Shown here in pieces: positions 62,766-64,000 of a stretch of 64,000 nt of DNA. Location of the stretch: positions 82,519,717 through 82,583,716 of the forward strand of contig NC_092380.1 of the NCBI RefSeq assembly GCF_030028105.1. The letters are read 5' to 3'. The translations under genes and the position numbers were made by a program. Position 1 is the stretch's first letter; every line of letters starts with the position of its first letter. The notes beneath the pieces were generated by a model. It did not search any database and had not been told where the DNA came from. It worked only from the letters and a program-made list of their open reading frames with translations. Origin of the DNA: Mobula birostris. Its lineage: Eukaryota.

Positions 62766-63277
62766 GTGTCTCTGTGTCTGACCAACATGTTATTGCATTT
62801 GTTACATTGATAGCTAGGAGGGCCATTTTGTTGAAGTCGAAGGATACAACAGCTCCCACTTTGTCACAATGGTTCTCTCAAGTGATGCTATGTCTTAGTT
62901 TGGAGAAAATTAGAAGTCGAACCTTTGAATCTATGTTTGATTTTGAGAAAAGATGGAGTTCATTTCGTTATTATCATTTGAGTTAATTGATGGATTCTCC
63001 ACGATCTAACTGTAAGTTTTTTTTGGTGCTTTCTTTTTTACTGGCGGTTTGATGTTTATCTTTAGAAGCTTTATGTATGACGCATGGTCCTGGGGTTGAA
63101 CACCTAATGGGATTTTTCTTTTTTCCCCCACTTTTCTTGCTTAGTAGGGTTTTTTTTTCCCATCACAAAATCTTTTCAATCTTTATATAATGTTTTTTTT
63201 TGCGACATTGTAAGTGTTGTTTACTTCGATGTACTCGTGTTTATTTTGGAAAAAAATAATAAAAAGATTTGAAAAGA
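62766..63277 (+). mobile_element. L1-clade LINE 3' end
   Basis: IAFVTLIARRAILLK....PTLSQW...LSLEKIR...FEKRW; A-rich tail; 11-bp TSD AAGGAAATATG at 62755-62765 and 63278-63288. Confidence 0.8.
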
Positions 63278-63517
63278 AAGGAAATATGAGACAATATGAA
63301 TGTCTATTTGTCTTCCTCGCAATGTTTATTTCTAAGTTCTATTTCAGATCAATCTTTTCTAAAATTTATTTATGTATTGTCTTCTCAAATATCACCATTC
63401 AACCAGAAACTTCCCAGTTGAAAAGCACAATTTCTTTAATTTGCTTAATCTTTTCTCATAATTTAGACTATTAGCTGAAATAACTAACTTGTAAATGTTT
63501 TCTTTTGTTTGTTCTTT

Positions 63518-63908
63518 TCAAGGATGTTGTTGGGATTGGAGGACCTGAGTTATAAGGAAAGATTAGATAGGTTATGACTTTATTCCTTGGATCATAGAAG
63601 ATTGAGGGGAGATTTGATAGAGATATACAAAATTATGAGGGGTATAGATAGGGTAAATGCAAGCAGGCTTTTTCCACTGAGGTCATGGGTTAAGGGTGAA
63701 AGGTGAAACATTTAAGGGGAACATGAGGGGAAGCTTCTTCACTCAGAGGGTCATGAGAGTGTGGAACGAGCTGCCAGTGCAAGTGGTGCACACGAGCTTA
63801 ATTTCAACATTTAAGAGAAGTTTTGATAGGATGGCAGGGGTATGGTGGTCTATAGTCCGGGTGCAGCTTGATGGGACTGGGCAGCTTAAATGGTTTGGCA
63901 TAGACTAG
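63518..63908 (+). mobile_element. CR1 3' end, followed by another partly inverted Penelope pseudo-LTR (63908-64000)
   Basis: LSYKERLDRL and FFTQRVMRVWNELP motifs; then GCAACACACACAAAA ... TTTTGTGTGTGTTGC. Confidence 0.8.
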
Positions 63909-64000
63909 CAACACACACAAAAAAATGTCGACTGTACCTCTTCCTATAGATGCTGCCTAGCCTAATGCGTTCACCAGCATTTTTTGTGTGTGTTGCTTGA

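Noticed and set aside
52000-64000. A further host gene downstream of NDUFS3
   Set aside because: Every recognisable ORF here belongs to a transposon and no host exon was recognised, although small exons could be missed by eye.

Overview
Vertebrate nuclear DNA, most likely from a cartilaginous fish such as a ray. This is inferred from the repeat landscape (CR1/HER1-like LINEs, V-SINEs, Rex1/Babar, Penelope). The window holds three complete spliced genes in the same order and orientation as human 11p11.2: PTPMT1 (+, 4 coding exons, 196 aa), KBTBD4 (-, 3 coding exons, 522 aa) and NDUFS3 (+, 7 coding exons, 261 aa). KBTBD4 and NDUFS3 lie head-to-head on a very short shared promoter. All exons were assembled by hand with GT-AG junctions and consistent phases. 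The rest is mostly transposon debris plus a ~2.9 kb G-rich 36-bp minisatellite in PTPMT1 intron 1. I do not see a clearly new gene system. The best leads are: a Tc1 end very close to salmonid Sleeping Beauty (horizontal-transfer candidate), Penelope-derived inverted-repeat elements carrying minimal hammerhead-ribozyme cores (two families), a nested hAT-in-hAT element with two perfect target-site duplications (TSDs), the minisatellite abutting a Penelope remnant, and two notable amino-acid substitutions. Family assignments and comparisons with human or Sleeping Beauty sequences are from memory, not from database searches.
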